Of a stretch of DNA of 64,000 bases, positions 1 through 11,835 are shown piece after piece (the stretch's first letter is position 1; the number at the start of each line of letters is the position of its first letter). Source of the stretch: the human T2T-CHM13v2.0 reference genome, Homo sapiens. Both the position numbers and the translations under genes were made by a program. The stretch is from the NCBI RefSeq assembly GCF_009914755.1, contig NC_060927.1, one strand, 5' to 3'. The notes below the pieces were generated by a model. The model searched no databases and was not told the origin of the DNA. It worked only from the letters and a program-made list of their open reading frames with translations.

Positions 1-437
1 CTCCATTTGATGCATAAATAGGCCATTTCAAGGTTTTTTTATTATAGAGAATATATCACAAAAGTAAAGGAGTACTGATAAAATTATTTGGCTAGTGTCT
101 TTACATGTCTGGTATTTGAAACAATCCAGTTAGCGTGTGTTGGGCCAGGGGCAATACAGCTAAAAGAAGAACATAAGTGGGATATGGGATTTGAAAGTAA
201 GTCACTAAAACATGGAGCTATCTCACATTCATTGTTACTTATAATTCATTCCCATATGTTTGTGAATGTTTGGAAGGACATGCAGATGTAACCAATATGT
301 GTATCTTTACCCCCAAGGCAATTGCACGTACCAATGTTTTTATTCTCCCAAAACTAAATAAAACCTGATCCCCTCTGTTTTAGCCAGGCCTATTCACTTG
401 CCTCTGAAATTTTTCAGGTTTTTGAGATTGCTTAATT

Positions 438-500
438 GTGTAACCTTGGACAAGGCCCTAATCTCTGTGGCCCTCAGTTTCCTCATTAAAATGAAAGTGT
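438..500 (+). mobile_element. MIR SINE fragment (core)
   Basis: GTGTAACCTTGGACAAG...CCTCAGTTTCCTCATTAAAATG resembles the MIR core. Confidence 0.6.
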
Positions 501-587
501 CATCTTAATCTATCCTGCTCTTACAAATTCAACAATTCTACTTGTCCCAGCTCTGACTATCACATTTTCAAGAGAAAAGAAAGAGCA

Positions 588-915
<328 letters not shown>

Positions 916-971
916 TTAAAGAGAGGAGAGTTTGAAGCCCATTCTCAAATAATTTAAAATTTTCACAATGG

Positions 972-1273
<302 letters not shown>

Positions 1274-2129
1274 TTCACATTGATCTTTCTCTGTAATCCC
1301 TGTATTCTCCCCTTGATTCTTGTGAAGCTCTGGAGCTTCCACAAGTTTCCTCCCAGGAAGAAAATTAGAAGAATAAAATATTGGAGGGAGTAAGAGAACG
1401 AAACTGTTGAACATTCCCATAAATTCAGACTGCTGTTGCTTTTACTATCTTCAAAGAGAATAAATTATGATACAACCTTAAAATGAAAGTTCTATACTCA
1501 GTCAACCACTGTAACATGACAAGTCATGAAATTAAGGCAATAAAAGATTCCAAATTTGAGGAAAGATCATAGAATTTTTAAAGTTAAAAGAGTTTAGTGG
1601 GAATACATAGGTCCTGACAGACTACTACCAGGAAAATTCTAAATACTTGGCCACTTAAAGTTTTCAGAAAATTTGTAAGGAAGATGTTTAATTTTCAGTG
1701 ACATGTAATTCAGTTAAGGGAAAAAAAATTAAAAGTTTCATCAAATAGGAAACGAACTTAAAACTCTGCTATTCTTGAACACATCTTAGAATTATTTTAT
1801 CAGTTCTAAAAGTGGAACTGCCTAAATCTGCAGGATGTATTATGAAAAACAAAGTGTTCTCATGTCTTCAAACACCACTGCCAAAGGACAAAGGTCCTGA
1901 AAAGTCTTTAGGGGAGCAATATTAAAAATGTACAGACTCAACTTTGGGGTGTTGAAAAAAGTGGTAAGTCTATTTGCTTTTAACAATAAGCTACCCTTCC
2001 TTTAGAAATTATTTATACATTAAATATAATGTTTTGGAAAGATGACATTAAATGAATAGTTGCATTGAGGAATTATAAAAATTAGCTGAGCTGTGTTTCA
2101 GTAGCATATTATTGAGCTAGAGAAGCTAA

Positions 2130-2450
2130 AGAGTACTGTGAGGACATAGAATTGGCAATCCCCAAAAAAGTGATTCATGAAGTCAGCCAGGAGAGTCAGG
2201 AAAGATTTTACATAAGAAGCCAAATTTTAAATCAATTCTGAAGGATGAAATGTAGATTACCAGTCTTAGAAGAAGGAAAATGTATTCCAGGAAGAGAAAA
2301 TAGCAAGTACAAAGGCACTGAGGCATGTTTGGAAAGAAATGAGAAAAGTTTAGTATGATTTCTGGAACATAATTGTGTATGCATAATGGGAGGAGATCAG
2401 GCAGGAATGCAGGCTGGGGCCGGAATGTGCTGCGGAGTTTGAGGTATGCT
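2130..2450 (-). mobile_element. L2 LINE fragment
   Basis: TCTGAAGGATGA...ATTCCAGGAAGAGAAAATAGCAAGTACAAAGGCACTGAGGC is typical of antisense L2. Confidence 0.6.
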
Positions 2451-4995
2451 CAGACACCCTGGCCTCTTTAACAACAAGGAACTATGCTAAACTATGGAAC
2501 CATATGTTTTATCACAACATATTAATGACCACATGTTAACAGAGAGGGAACTGGAAAATAACCACTGGCTATGGCAATGACTCAGACATTCTCCTATTTC
2601 AGTCTTCAAAGCACCAGCATGCAAGATGACACTTGAGAGTATACTTTCTTTACATCATATTATAATAAGCAGAAGCCCAGCAATCCAGCATTTAAGAAAA
2701 CACTAGATCTTGGATGAAAACTAACTAAATAAAAGTGGTGGAGTTAAATTCACTATTTAGAGTGTTATATGTCTTTATTACAGTTAATGGAAGCGCACCC
2801 AGGAAATATGCAGAAAACACAGTGCCAGAGAACTACACAGCTCTCAAGATTCCAGTGTTTCTCAGCTTCTGAAACAAAAAGCAGATTTGACTTTTTTTAG
2901 AACTTATGTAGAAAGTAACTGTCATTTTCCTAGTTGTAGCTCCTATTTTTCCCACCCTGCTGGCATATTTACTCTTCTTGCACAAGCATATCTTGTTTTT
3001 TGCCACATTCAGTGTTCATGCCATTCTCAACACCCTCTTCATCAAATCTGCCCATTCTAATTCTACCCATTCCTTTTCCTTCCAGTTTGAGCATTACTGA
3101 ACATGTATAGGAAGCAAAAAATATGTTTTCGGCAGAGGGTGGTAGTGAAACAAGAGGAATAGAGCAAATATAGGTTAAACACCTAGAACATATTCAGCTT
3201 GGGTTCAGTTTTAATTGATTAATTTGATGTCATCATGTGTCAAGACCTCTCAGTGCCCTAGAGTCTAGACCCAAATGCCTGCCACTTTTCTATCCACTGA
3301 TCACAGTCTCATGCAACCCTGGCCACTTCCTCCCTTTATCCATTCTACTATTCTTTCACTGGGTTTATTAAAATCCTTGTTTTCTTATTTTCTTTATAAC
3401 AACCTTTTCTTCAAACACTTCTTATCCTTCACTAAAACTGAAAGGTCATTTCAAATCCCTAAAAATATATTTAAAATTAAAAAATTTTAAAAACATCGCT
3501 GTCACCAACATAAAAGCCCTTCTAATCAGTTTTCTCACCTATCAAAAGGAGAAATTTTCAAGATCATTTCTCTAGTTCTTTACAGGTAATTGGTAATAAA
3601 TAATAAGAATTTCCCTAATTTAGTTATTAATGTATTACAGTCCTGATTTCTTAGAAGTGACAGCTCAATCATTTCTTACTTCAGCCAAATCATTTCTCTT
3701 CAGGGAGAGAATATAAGGTACCCAAGAGGTGAGGACACCCAAAGCATGATATTGCACTCTCATGACTAAGACAGTTATTAGCTCAAGTCCTTCAGTCTCC
3801 AAGCTGTTCCCTTCTGGGTAAGCCAACAAGCCACAAGGATTCATTCAAATGGTGAGTGGGACACAAAAATATTAAAACTAACATCAAAGATCAACTGGTT
3901 AAGGTCAAGGACTATTGAATATGAATTTCTGCATTTTGAAGGATGAAACTGCGCCGTTTTGCACTTCAAAAATGTGGTAAATCAGGTTTTTAGAACATCA
4001 GTGTTTGTCAGACAGAATGTGTTTCAAGGACTTGATTACAAAATCCTGCCAGAAACAGGAATCTGATCCCTAGGGAATTATTAAGTTCTGTTTATTCTAG
4101 TTACATGAAAGCATATTTAAGTGAAAAAAGTTAATGTTAGTTAAATCAGATAACAAATGGCTCTTTGGAGACTCTGGTGTGAGTCTCATGTGTGTCTGTG
4201 GTGTTTCTGTAACACGTCAGCTGGATGAGATGTCCTGCCTCATATTGTCATCATGCTCCCTCCACTTTCTGTCTTCTTTGAGACTGAAAGATATGAGAAT
4301 TCTTCTAATCCAAAACCCCAAACAGGTGAAATTAGAAGTTTGGCTTAAATTTTATCTCAAATTTGAGGGTTATCAGGCAGCATAAAAGGCAAAGCTGACA
4401 AAAAGGCAAGCAGAATGGAAGCAAAAACGATAATCAAATACATAGCCACGCTTTCCACACAGTCTCAAGAAACAAAAGCAGCTGAAATGGGAACAACTCT
4501 CCTTGCTTACCCTTCAGAGACAAAGCAGCAGGAAATTGTAAGATTCCTCCCAGAGCCCCACTTGCGAGGAAGCCCATTTAGTAAATGGTATGAGTTGTGT
4601 GATCTGTTGTTATTGGTTTTCTTCCCTGGGAACATAGCACACTGGGGATTCAACTGTACCACAAAACGGTCTTCTAAAGCCTCAGACATGTCAAATGCAG
4701 ACTGAGAACTGCTCTTTCTGGGTTTGCAAAGAGCCATAACTCTCCTTCTTGGCCCACTCATTCTTGGCACTCTTGAATTGCTGAGGAAAAGCTTTTGAAC
4801 CCATCAGTCAAAGAGCTTGGTGCCATGGGCGGCCATTAGCTCAGCCTCATAACATCTGTTCTGTGTTTTTGTTGTATAGGGAACCTGAAGCCCACAGGAT
4901 GAAAGTGAGGGGACCAGAACCAAGTCATGGAGAGGCTTCAGGGAGAGAAGCCCCTAAAACATAGCCTGTATCTTCATATTTATCAAAATTGGGTC

Positions 4996-5018
4996 TTTTT
5001 TTTTTTTTTTTTTTTTTT
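4996..5018. repeat. poly-T run (T23)
   Basis: Direct observation. Confidence 0.95.
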
Positions 5019-5159
5019 GGTCATTAACAAAGGTTTCTCTCAAAACGAAAAGGAAAAAAAGACCTCCAAAATAATGATTATAACAAAAATATACAGAAAA
5101 TAATTCCCAAATGTATATATTTTGGGTGAGATTTTTATTATGTATAATAATATCTTCTG

Positions 5160-5383
5160 GGTGCCTCCTATATGCCAAGCAGTACTCTAAGTATTTTACA
5201 TTTATTAATTAATGTAGTACTCACGGTAAGCCACAATAAATCAGCGGGGTAGATAACAGTATCATCTTTATCTCACAGGTGAGGGAAATGGGGTATGTCA
5301 CATGTCTAAGGTCCCAGAACTACAAAATAGCAGAGCTGGGACTTGAACCCATGTTGCCTAGTTCCAGAACTCAGATTCTTAGC
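5160..5383 (-). mobile_element. MIR SINE
   Basis: TATGCCAAGCAGTACTCTAAG...ACAGGTGAGGGAAATGGG...AGAGCTGGGACTTGAACCCA. Confidence 0.8.
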
Positions 5384-5699
5384 TATCAGATCATATTGCC
5401 TCTCATGCTTACCAAAGCATAAAAAGTCAAACAGAAAAATGAAAATCCAGTTTGGAGGCAGAAATTTCTCTTAAAGTACTGGTAATTGCTCTTACAGGAA
5501 TCTAGAAATATCCAATATCTCTTTCTGGGGTCCATGGTGGGTGCACAGGACTCCACAAAAGGTACAAAAGGCATCTTTCAGTTCCTTCTGGTTCATAGAC
5601 TCAGTATTGCTGTGCCACATCAGGCAGCAACAGTGCTTGCTGCACTTCCTACACTTGTGTGAGAAAGAAGTTAATGTGCCTTTGGAGCAATCATTCCCT

Positions 5700-5815
5700 G
5701 TTGATAATAAGCTATGTGAGTTAGGAATTGTGTCTCTTGGGCTCACTGCTGTACCTCCAGTGTATAATAAAGTGCCTGACTACAGCAGACATTCAGTCAC
5801 TATTTAGTAAAGAGT
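5700..5815 (+). mobile_element. L2 3' end fragment
   Basis: CTCACTGCTGTACCTCCAGTG...AGTGCCTGAC...CAGTCACTATTTAGTAAA. Confidence 0.65.
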
Positions 5816-6302
5816 TAATTCTGTCATGTGTATGTATCACATGCATGCCATATATGTTTACTGTGACTCTATCGTGAATGTATGCTTTTATTTTATTTTA
5901 TTATGGAGACTGTTTTCCATAATTGTGAGTTGATAGAAAACAAACATCATACTTGACGAAATACCTAAATGAGTGCAGACTAGACTGTAAACATTGCATT
6001 TTTAAAGGAAGAAGGAATCTCTGCTTTAATCTAACTAAAATTAATCTGACAAAACTGTACATTTAATGGAAAATGGTTGAATAAAATATAGATGATATCT
6101 CTTTAAAGCATTTTTAATAAATTGGGGGCTCAAAATAAATTAGAGGTTCTCATTATAATTTAGAGCTGCCAACTATTTATTAGAAAGATTGACTTTGGTG
6201 GATATAATTTTTATGATACTATCTTTACTGCCCACATATTTTTGAAAAATATAGTCTATTAAATAGGATAATGATTCCTATTGAAGACTGTACCAAAATA
6301 GT

Positions 6303-6323
6303 AAAAAAAAAAAAAAAAAAAAA
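6303..6323. repeat. poly-A run (A21)
   Basis: Direct observation. Confidence 0.95.
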
Positions 6324-6771
6324 TCAGTTGAATTTCATCCAGAACCAAAAGAGATTAAATTTACCTCATCCCTGGATATGGTATATGGTATTTGGCTCAA
6401 ATTGCATTTTTGCAGTAGGGTGGAGTTTGAGATCAAAAATACCAGAAAATTATGCATTTGTTGAAAGCCAACTTTCTGGCAACTAGGGTAAGCATTGTTT
6501 TGTCCTATTTCTGTGGAATTTTGGTCATATCCCAGCTATCAAAGAATATTATTTATTCCTACAGAACTATAGCCTCAAGAAAGACAGATATCGTATTTGC
6601 AATAGTCCTTAATTTAAATGTCAATTGTGTTTCTCCATTCACTGAAATAAAAGTACATATGGATAAACCAAGAGAAAACATTATACATTTAAACCCTTCA
6701 CTTTAAAAATGAAAAACAAACAAAAGAAAGAGGGTGACAATTGATTGCCAGTTATACTGGCAAATCATTAA

Positions 6772-7370
6772 CATTTTAGAGCTAAAAAAAAACCTTGAAA
6801 ATAATTGTGGTTAATACTGAGTGTCAACTTGATTGGATTGAAGGATGCAAAGTATAGATTCTGGGTGTCTCTGTGAGGGTGCTGCCAAAGGAGATTAGCA
6901 TTTGAGTCAGTGGACTGGGAAAGTTAGATGGACCCTCGATCTGGGTGGGCACCATCTAGTCACCCACCATTGTGGCCAGAATAAAAAGCAGGCAGGAAAA
7001 ACATGAAAAGACTAGATTGGCATAGCCTCCCAGCCTACATCTTTCTCCCATGCTGGATGCTTCCTGCCCTTGAACATTGGATTCCAAGTTCTTCCGTTTT
7101 GTTACTTGGACTGGCTCTCCTTGCTCCTCACCTTGCAGACAGCCTATTGTGAGATCATGTGTTCGTGTAACTTAATAAACTCCCATCCTATTAGTTCTGT
7201 CCCTCTAGAGAACCCTGACTAATACAATAATCTATTCCTATCTTCTGGTTTCACAAACAAATAAATGGGGATAGTAAAAAGTACAATGATTTATCCATGA
7301 AATCACAACTACTGAAGGACAAAGCTGAGACTAGGACCCAGGTGTTCCATTTGTAGTCCAGATGTGTTTC
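6772..7370 (-). mobile_element. MIR-family SINE interrupted by the MLT2A LTR
   Basis: ATTTTAGAGCT...CCTTGAAAATAAT continues after the LTR as CTATTCC...AAGCTGAGACTAGGACCCAGG. Confidence 0.55.
6806..7226 (+). mobile_element. MLT2A (HERV-L) solo LTR
   Basis: TG...GGTTAATACTGAGTGTCAACTTGATTGGATTGAAGGATGC start, CTAGAGAACCCTGACTAATACA end, perfect 5-bp TSD ATAAT (6801-6805, 7227-7231). Confidence 0.93.
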
Positions 7371-9048
7371 ATTGTTCCATGCAGTCCAGCTGCAATGCTG
7401 CCTTGTGCCACTCTTAGGAGATCTTGCTCAGTAGCATGGCATACTCAGCCTCTGGTGATAGTTCTGTGACTGGCTTTAACTTGAAGATACAATGCAGCTC
7501 CCTTGGAACCTGGCACCAAATGCCCTTGAGTCTGTGTATTGTGGTTATCAACACCATTGCCTGGACTTTGTTGGGCATGTGGGAGTTTAGTTTATTTTCA
7601 ATTGTGTCATTCACTCATGACAGCCTGCATCAAACACATCATGGCCATGTATATTTTGTGCTATTATATAATAGAGATCTCTAAGAAACTTATCTAAGAG
7701 TTATTTTTTTCTGAGTAGTAAAATTCACTATATTTGCCATTGTCTGAAAAGAATTCTCTCTCAATCCCTTGCCTTCATCCTCTTTCAAAAAAAATCACAT
7801 CTAATTTTTAATGGAGCATGAAAATTCCATGATAGAGCAGCACATATGAGAGTCAGAAAGACAAAACTCTGGTGTAACAAGTAACCTGTAAAGACTTGAG
7901 ATGACTTCTTTGGTGCACCTAATCCTGTAATCCCATCAGTCACCAAACCAGAAAGGTCAATCCTGATGGTGTCAGTCCACCAACACAAACTTTGTTTCTG
8001 ATGATATTTCTGTCCATTCAGCTGAAGTTTTATCACACAGGCTACCAGCAGATGCTTGGTTGTTCTCAGTGATGACCTGATACTGTCATGTCCATGTTCA
8101 TACGTATCATCCCATTTACATTCTCATTTAGAAAACAAATTCCTTCTAAAATAAAGAATTATGTCCCATTTACTTTATCTCTTTCATTCTGCAAAACCTG
8201 GAGATGAATAGACATTATGCCATTCGCCACAGCCTATAGGATTATAATGAGGAAAGCCACCTGAGTTAGAAGTAAATCCAAACACTGTTTCATAATTGTT
8301 CATTTTCCTAGAATTGATAGAAGCACCATTTAGAGATGCAAGAAGCAGGGCAGTTGAAGTAATCATCAGCCTAATTGCCTCAACCCTTGGCTTTGTTTGA
8401 GCCCCAGGGGTCCACTTTTGGGAACTGACAGACTTAGATTGTGATGCCAGTCTGGTTTCTTGCATGCTTTCACTCAACAAGCCCCTTCATGACCACATGC
8501 ATTTGATATCCACCAAGAGGACATAACATCTGCTTCCTCTCAAAAGTTCCATGTAATTTGTAGAGATCAATGGGAAATAGTCTCTGAAGCACAGAGCTAT
8601 CAAGATTATTACTGTAAATTCCTAATTCTACCTATTTCATTTTAATAGAAATTCCAGTTTCATAAAATAAAAATTATTGGTAAGAGAGACTGGGGTGACA
8701 TTTATAAGTCCTTTATGTAACATTTTATAGCTTTACACATAATTCAGTAATAAGAGGAAAAAGAAGAAACATTCCATATTTTCTCTCAAAATTATTTAGT
8801 CACATATATTCTTAATAGAATTCTTAAGAGAAATTATCAATTTTCATGAAATGACCTTAGTTATACCTTTGGTATAAGGATATTTTAAATTATATTAACA
8901 GTTTCATATTATAGTTATTGATAATAATGACAAATAATTCTCCAAAATATTCTAGCGGAAAACTGGAACTTTATTCCCTTTTTCATATACTCAAAGCATC
9001 ATTCACTTCAGTTATTGCTATCATAACTTACAACTCAATAACGATTGT

Positions 9049-9191
9049 TGTGGGCAGCAAGCCACCCAGGCGCCGAGGCAAGAGACCAAGGACACGAGCT
9101 GTTCCAGTATAATAAAATATAAAACAAGAATAGTTATACCAGATATAGATCTTAGATATGATTATATATGAATATCATTAATCATTAGTTT
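9049..9191 (+). mobile_element. LTR13 (HERV-K HML-4) 5' fragment
   Basis: TGTGGGCAGCAAGCCACCCAGGCGCCGAGGCAAGAGACCAAGGACACGAGCTGTTCCAGTATAATAAAATATAAAACAAGAATAG matches the LTR13 5' end as I recall it; similarity stops abruptly. Confidence 0.8.
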
Positions 9192-9454
9192 CTAAACTAT
9201 TTATAAGAGGTAACTAATACATAATAAAGTGAGCAGATGAGGTGCAATAATATCTCATCCATATCTATATCTATAGTGTTTATCCTGTATCTCAGGAATA
9301 GCAGTTAACAGCACAACTCAGAATAGAAACCCCAGTGTGAACCCCAGCCTAAGTTTCAGGTTGAAGCAGAATTAACTGACTAGAGTGGATGAGTGGAGTT
9401 GGTCTTTATTATTAGTGATCTGAATTTTTTTTTATTAAATACAATCACAACCAT

Positions 9455-9610
9455 TCATGTACGGTGCCAAATCTTGTGCTAAGCCCTTTACATAGAATTT
9501 CCTCATTAATGATTATGTACTTGAAGCTCTAAGAAGTAGATCACACATAAGTAGCAAAGCCAAGAGTTGAACCCAGGCTCTCTGAGTCCAAGGTCAAGAT
9601 CTTAATCTCA
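9455..9610 (-). mobile_element. MIR fragment
   Basis: GTGCCAAATCTTGTGCTAAGCCCTTTACAT...TTGAACCCAGGCTCTCTGAGTCCAA. Confidence 0.65.
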
Positions 9611-9641
9611 TATGTAAATAGGTAGGTAAAAATTTAAAAAA

Positions 9642-9737
9642 CTCAGGAGTTCAAGGCTGCAACGTGTTATGATCTTGCCACTACACTCCAGCCTAGGCAA
9701 CAGAGTGAAACACTGTCTCTAAAAAAGCAAAAACAAA
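9642..9737 (+). mobile_element. Old Alu fragment (FRAM/FLAM/AluJ 3' part)
   Basis: CAGGAGTTCAAGGCTGCA...CACTCCAGCCTAGGCAACAGAGTGAAAC plus A-rich tail. Confidence 0.8.
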
Positions 9738-9769
9738 ACCACACCATATTCTATCCCTTAATACATTCT

Positions 9770-9972
9770 AATAGCCAGAAAACTAAATGGTCAATTTCAA
9801 ATAGGCAATTTGAAAAGAAGTACAAATGACTCTGAAAGTCAGAAAAGCTGTCGAATCTCTACTAATCAGGAAAATATGAATTGAAACAGCAATGTATTAT
9901 CTGTTTTATCATCCATTATATTTGGATGTAAGTGTTAAAAACATTAACAATATCTGTTTTGGGTGAAGATGC
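9770..9972 (+). mobile_element. Ancient L1M fragment (ORF2 3' region)
   Basis: AAATAGGCAATT...ACTAATCAGGAAAATATGAATTGAAACAGCAATG...GGGTGAAGATG. Confidence 0.55.
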
Positions 9973-11518
9973 TGATCTTGCTATTTCCTGTTATGTTCTG
10001 GAGATTTTGGAGAGGTGCCTGTCTCCCCTTGTCCTGGCAGCCTGTGACACTGTTATCACATTTCCCTCCCTCTGCTAACACAGAAAACCCCATGGCTAGC
10101 CCCACTATGTGTGTTCTAAGTTGAAGGAAGATATCACATCTGAGTTCCCTTTCTACTGAATCAGAAGCCTCTAGCAACCTCTACTCCTTCATTGTGACAA
10201 AGTAGCAGTGGGGTTTCAAGGTCTGACTTACCTGGCATTTATTCCAGTTCCAAGACTACCACATGCACCAGCACCTGTGCTGCAACCCTGCCCCTGAGGT
10301 CACTTCTTTTTCACATTCCTTTCTATCGATTTTGCAAGGCCCATTCCTTGCTGCTTAATCTCACTTCCTCTGACTTAACCCATTTCCTGTCTAGTACCTG
10401 TTTGCTCCTCCCTTCCTCTGTCACTCAATGTCCTTGTCTGCCTTATTTATAGTGTCTGCAAGATCTTCCTTTTCCCCTCCAAGCTTTCCTGGCTACCCTT
10501 GTTCCGAAGACCTGAACACCCTAGTTTCGCAACTTTGGGAATTCAACAACCAGTAAATTTTTTGTAAAATGTAGAGAATTGTCAGAAAACTGCCAAGTGT
10601 CAATTTTGCCAAGTTGGCCCATCAAAAATAAGAAATACCATCTATCATCACCCTCATTTTGTGAACAACAAGCATTTTAAGTTTAAAAATGGGGAAAGGT
10701 CATAATCTCAGACAATAAAAGTGTTTCTCAAAGAATACCAATTAAACAACTTTGGGTAGAGGAGAACCCTGATGTGGGGGAGGGATCTATGACTAGAAGA
10801 AGCTGATGTATTAGAAAACAGTCTGTCTGTCCAGCACAGGGATCCTCTTGGAAGTCAAAGCAAAACCACTTTTTGCAGCCCATCCCCACATCCTCTCCCA
10901 CCTCAAGGTCCCTTGCTTGAGTTCCTCATCTGCTTATGCTAAAGGATCACATTAGCTGCTCATCTCTCTCAGAAAACACCATGCATCAACAGCTGCTGGC
11001 AAGCCACAGTGGAAGTGCCAGCAAAAAGATGCTCACTCATGCCTGGAGTATGCTGCTCTCCATCAGAGACACTACATAGACCCCTCATTGTGTTCTACAG
11101 CTTAGGGTACTTTAAGCCCCTCCCAAAGAGTAGAGTTCTTGACAGGCAGAGAGGCTGTGGAAGTGTGGAGGAAAAGCCTCAGCAGAAGTATTAGGGTGAA
11201 ACTAGACAGTGGTGTCCCTATAGTGCTCATTTCATCAAGGATATGTAACTGTCCATAGAAAGGTTTTTAGGGCAATCACTGGCACGTACTTCAGGGTAAG
11301 ATTTTAAATCCAAAGTGTTCTAATTATGGAGAATATGTTTAGGTGAACATAGTTCTTGAAATGCAGCTCTTTTCTTATAATCAAGTAAATTTTATTATTC
11401 ATCCTGATTACTCATCAAAAATTTGTTCCAAAATCACAAGCTTAAGTGAATAAATGGCTTTTTTTGTTGTTATTAAATGCCTAGGTTCTAAGGTGTCAAC
11501 TACTAGGTTCCAAGGTTT

Positions 11519-11835
11519 CAGTCCTCTCTTGTTATCAGTGGGGGATTGGTTTCAGTAGCCCCCACAGATACCAAAATTCGAGGATGCTCAAGTCCCTGAT
11601 ATAAAATGAGATAGTATTCGCATATAGCCTATGTACATTCTCTCATAATCTTTAAGTCACCTCTAGAGTAGTTATAATATCTAATACACATAAATGCTAT
11701 GTAAGTAGCTATTATACTGTACTACTTAGGGGATAATGACAAGAAAAAAAGTCTGTACTATTCAGTACAGATGCAATTATTTTTCCGAATATTTTCAATC
11801 TGCATTTGGTTGAATCCATGGGTGTGGAACCGCAG
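11519..11835 (+). mobile_element. MER2 (TcMar-Tigger non-autonomous DNA transposon), 3' TIR truncated
   Basis: GGGGGATTGGTTTCAG...GATACCAAAATTCGAGGATGCTCAAGTCCCTGATATAAAATG...GGTTGAATCCATGGGTGTGGAACC. Confidence 0.88.

Noticed and set aside
6294-6328. Orphan poly-A retro-insertion
   Set aside because: The putative TSD (AAAATAGT/AAAATCAGT) is short and imperfect; simple homopolymer expansion explains it equally well.
10226-10234. Perfect minus-strand donor CAG|GTAAGT
   Set aside because: There is no plausible minus-strand acceptor within exon distance.
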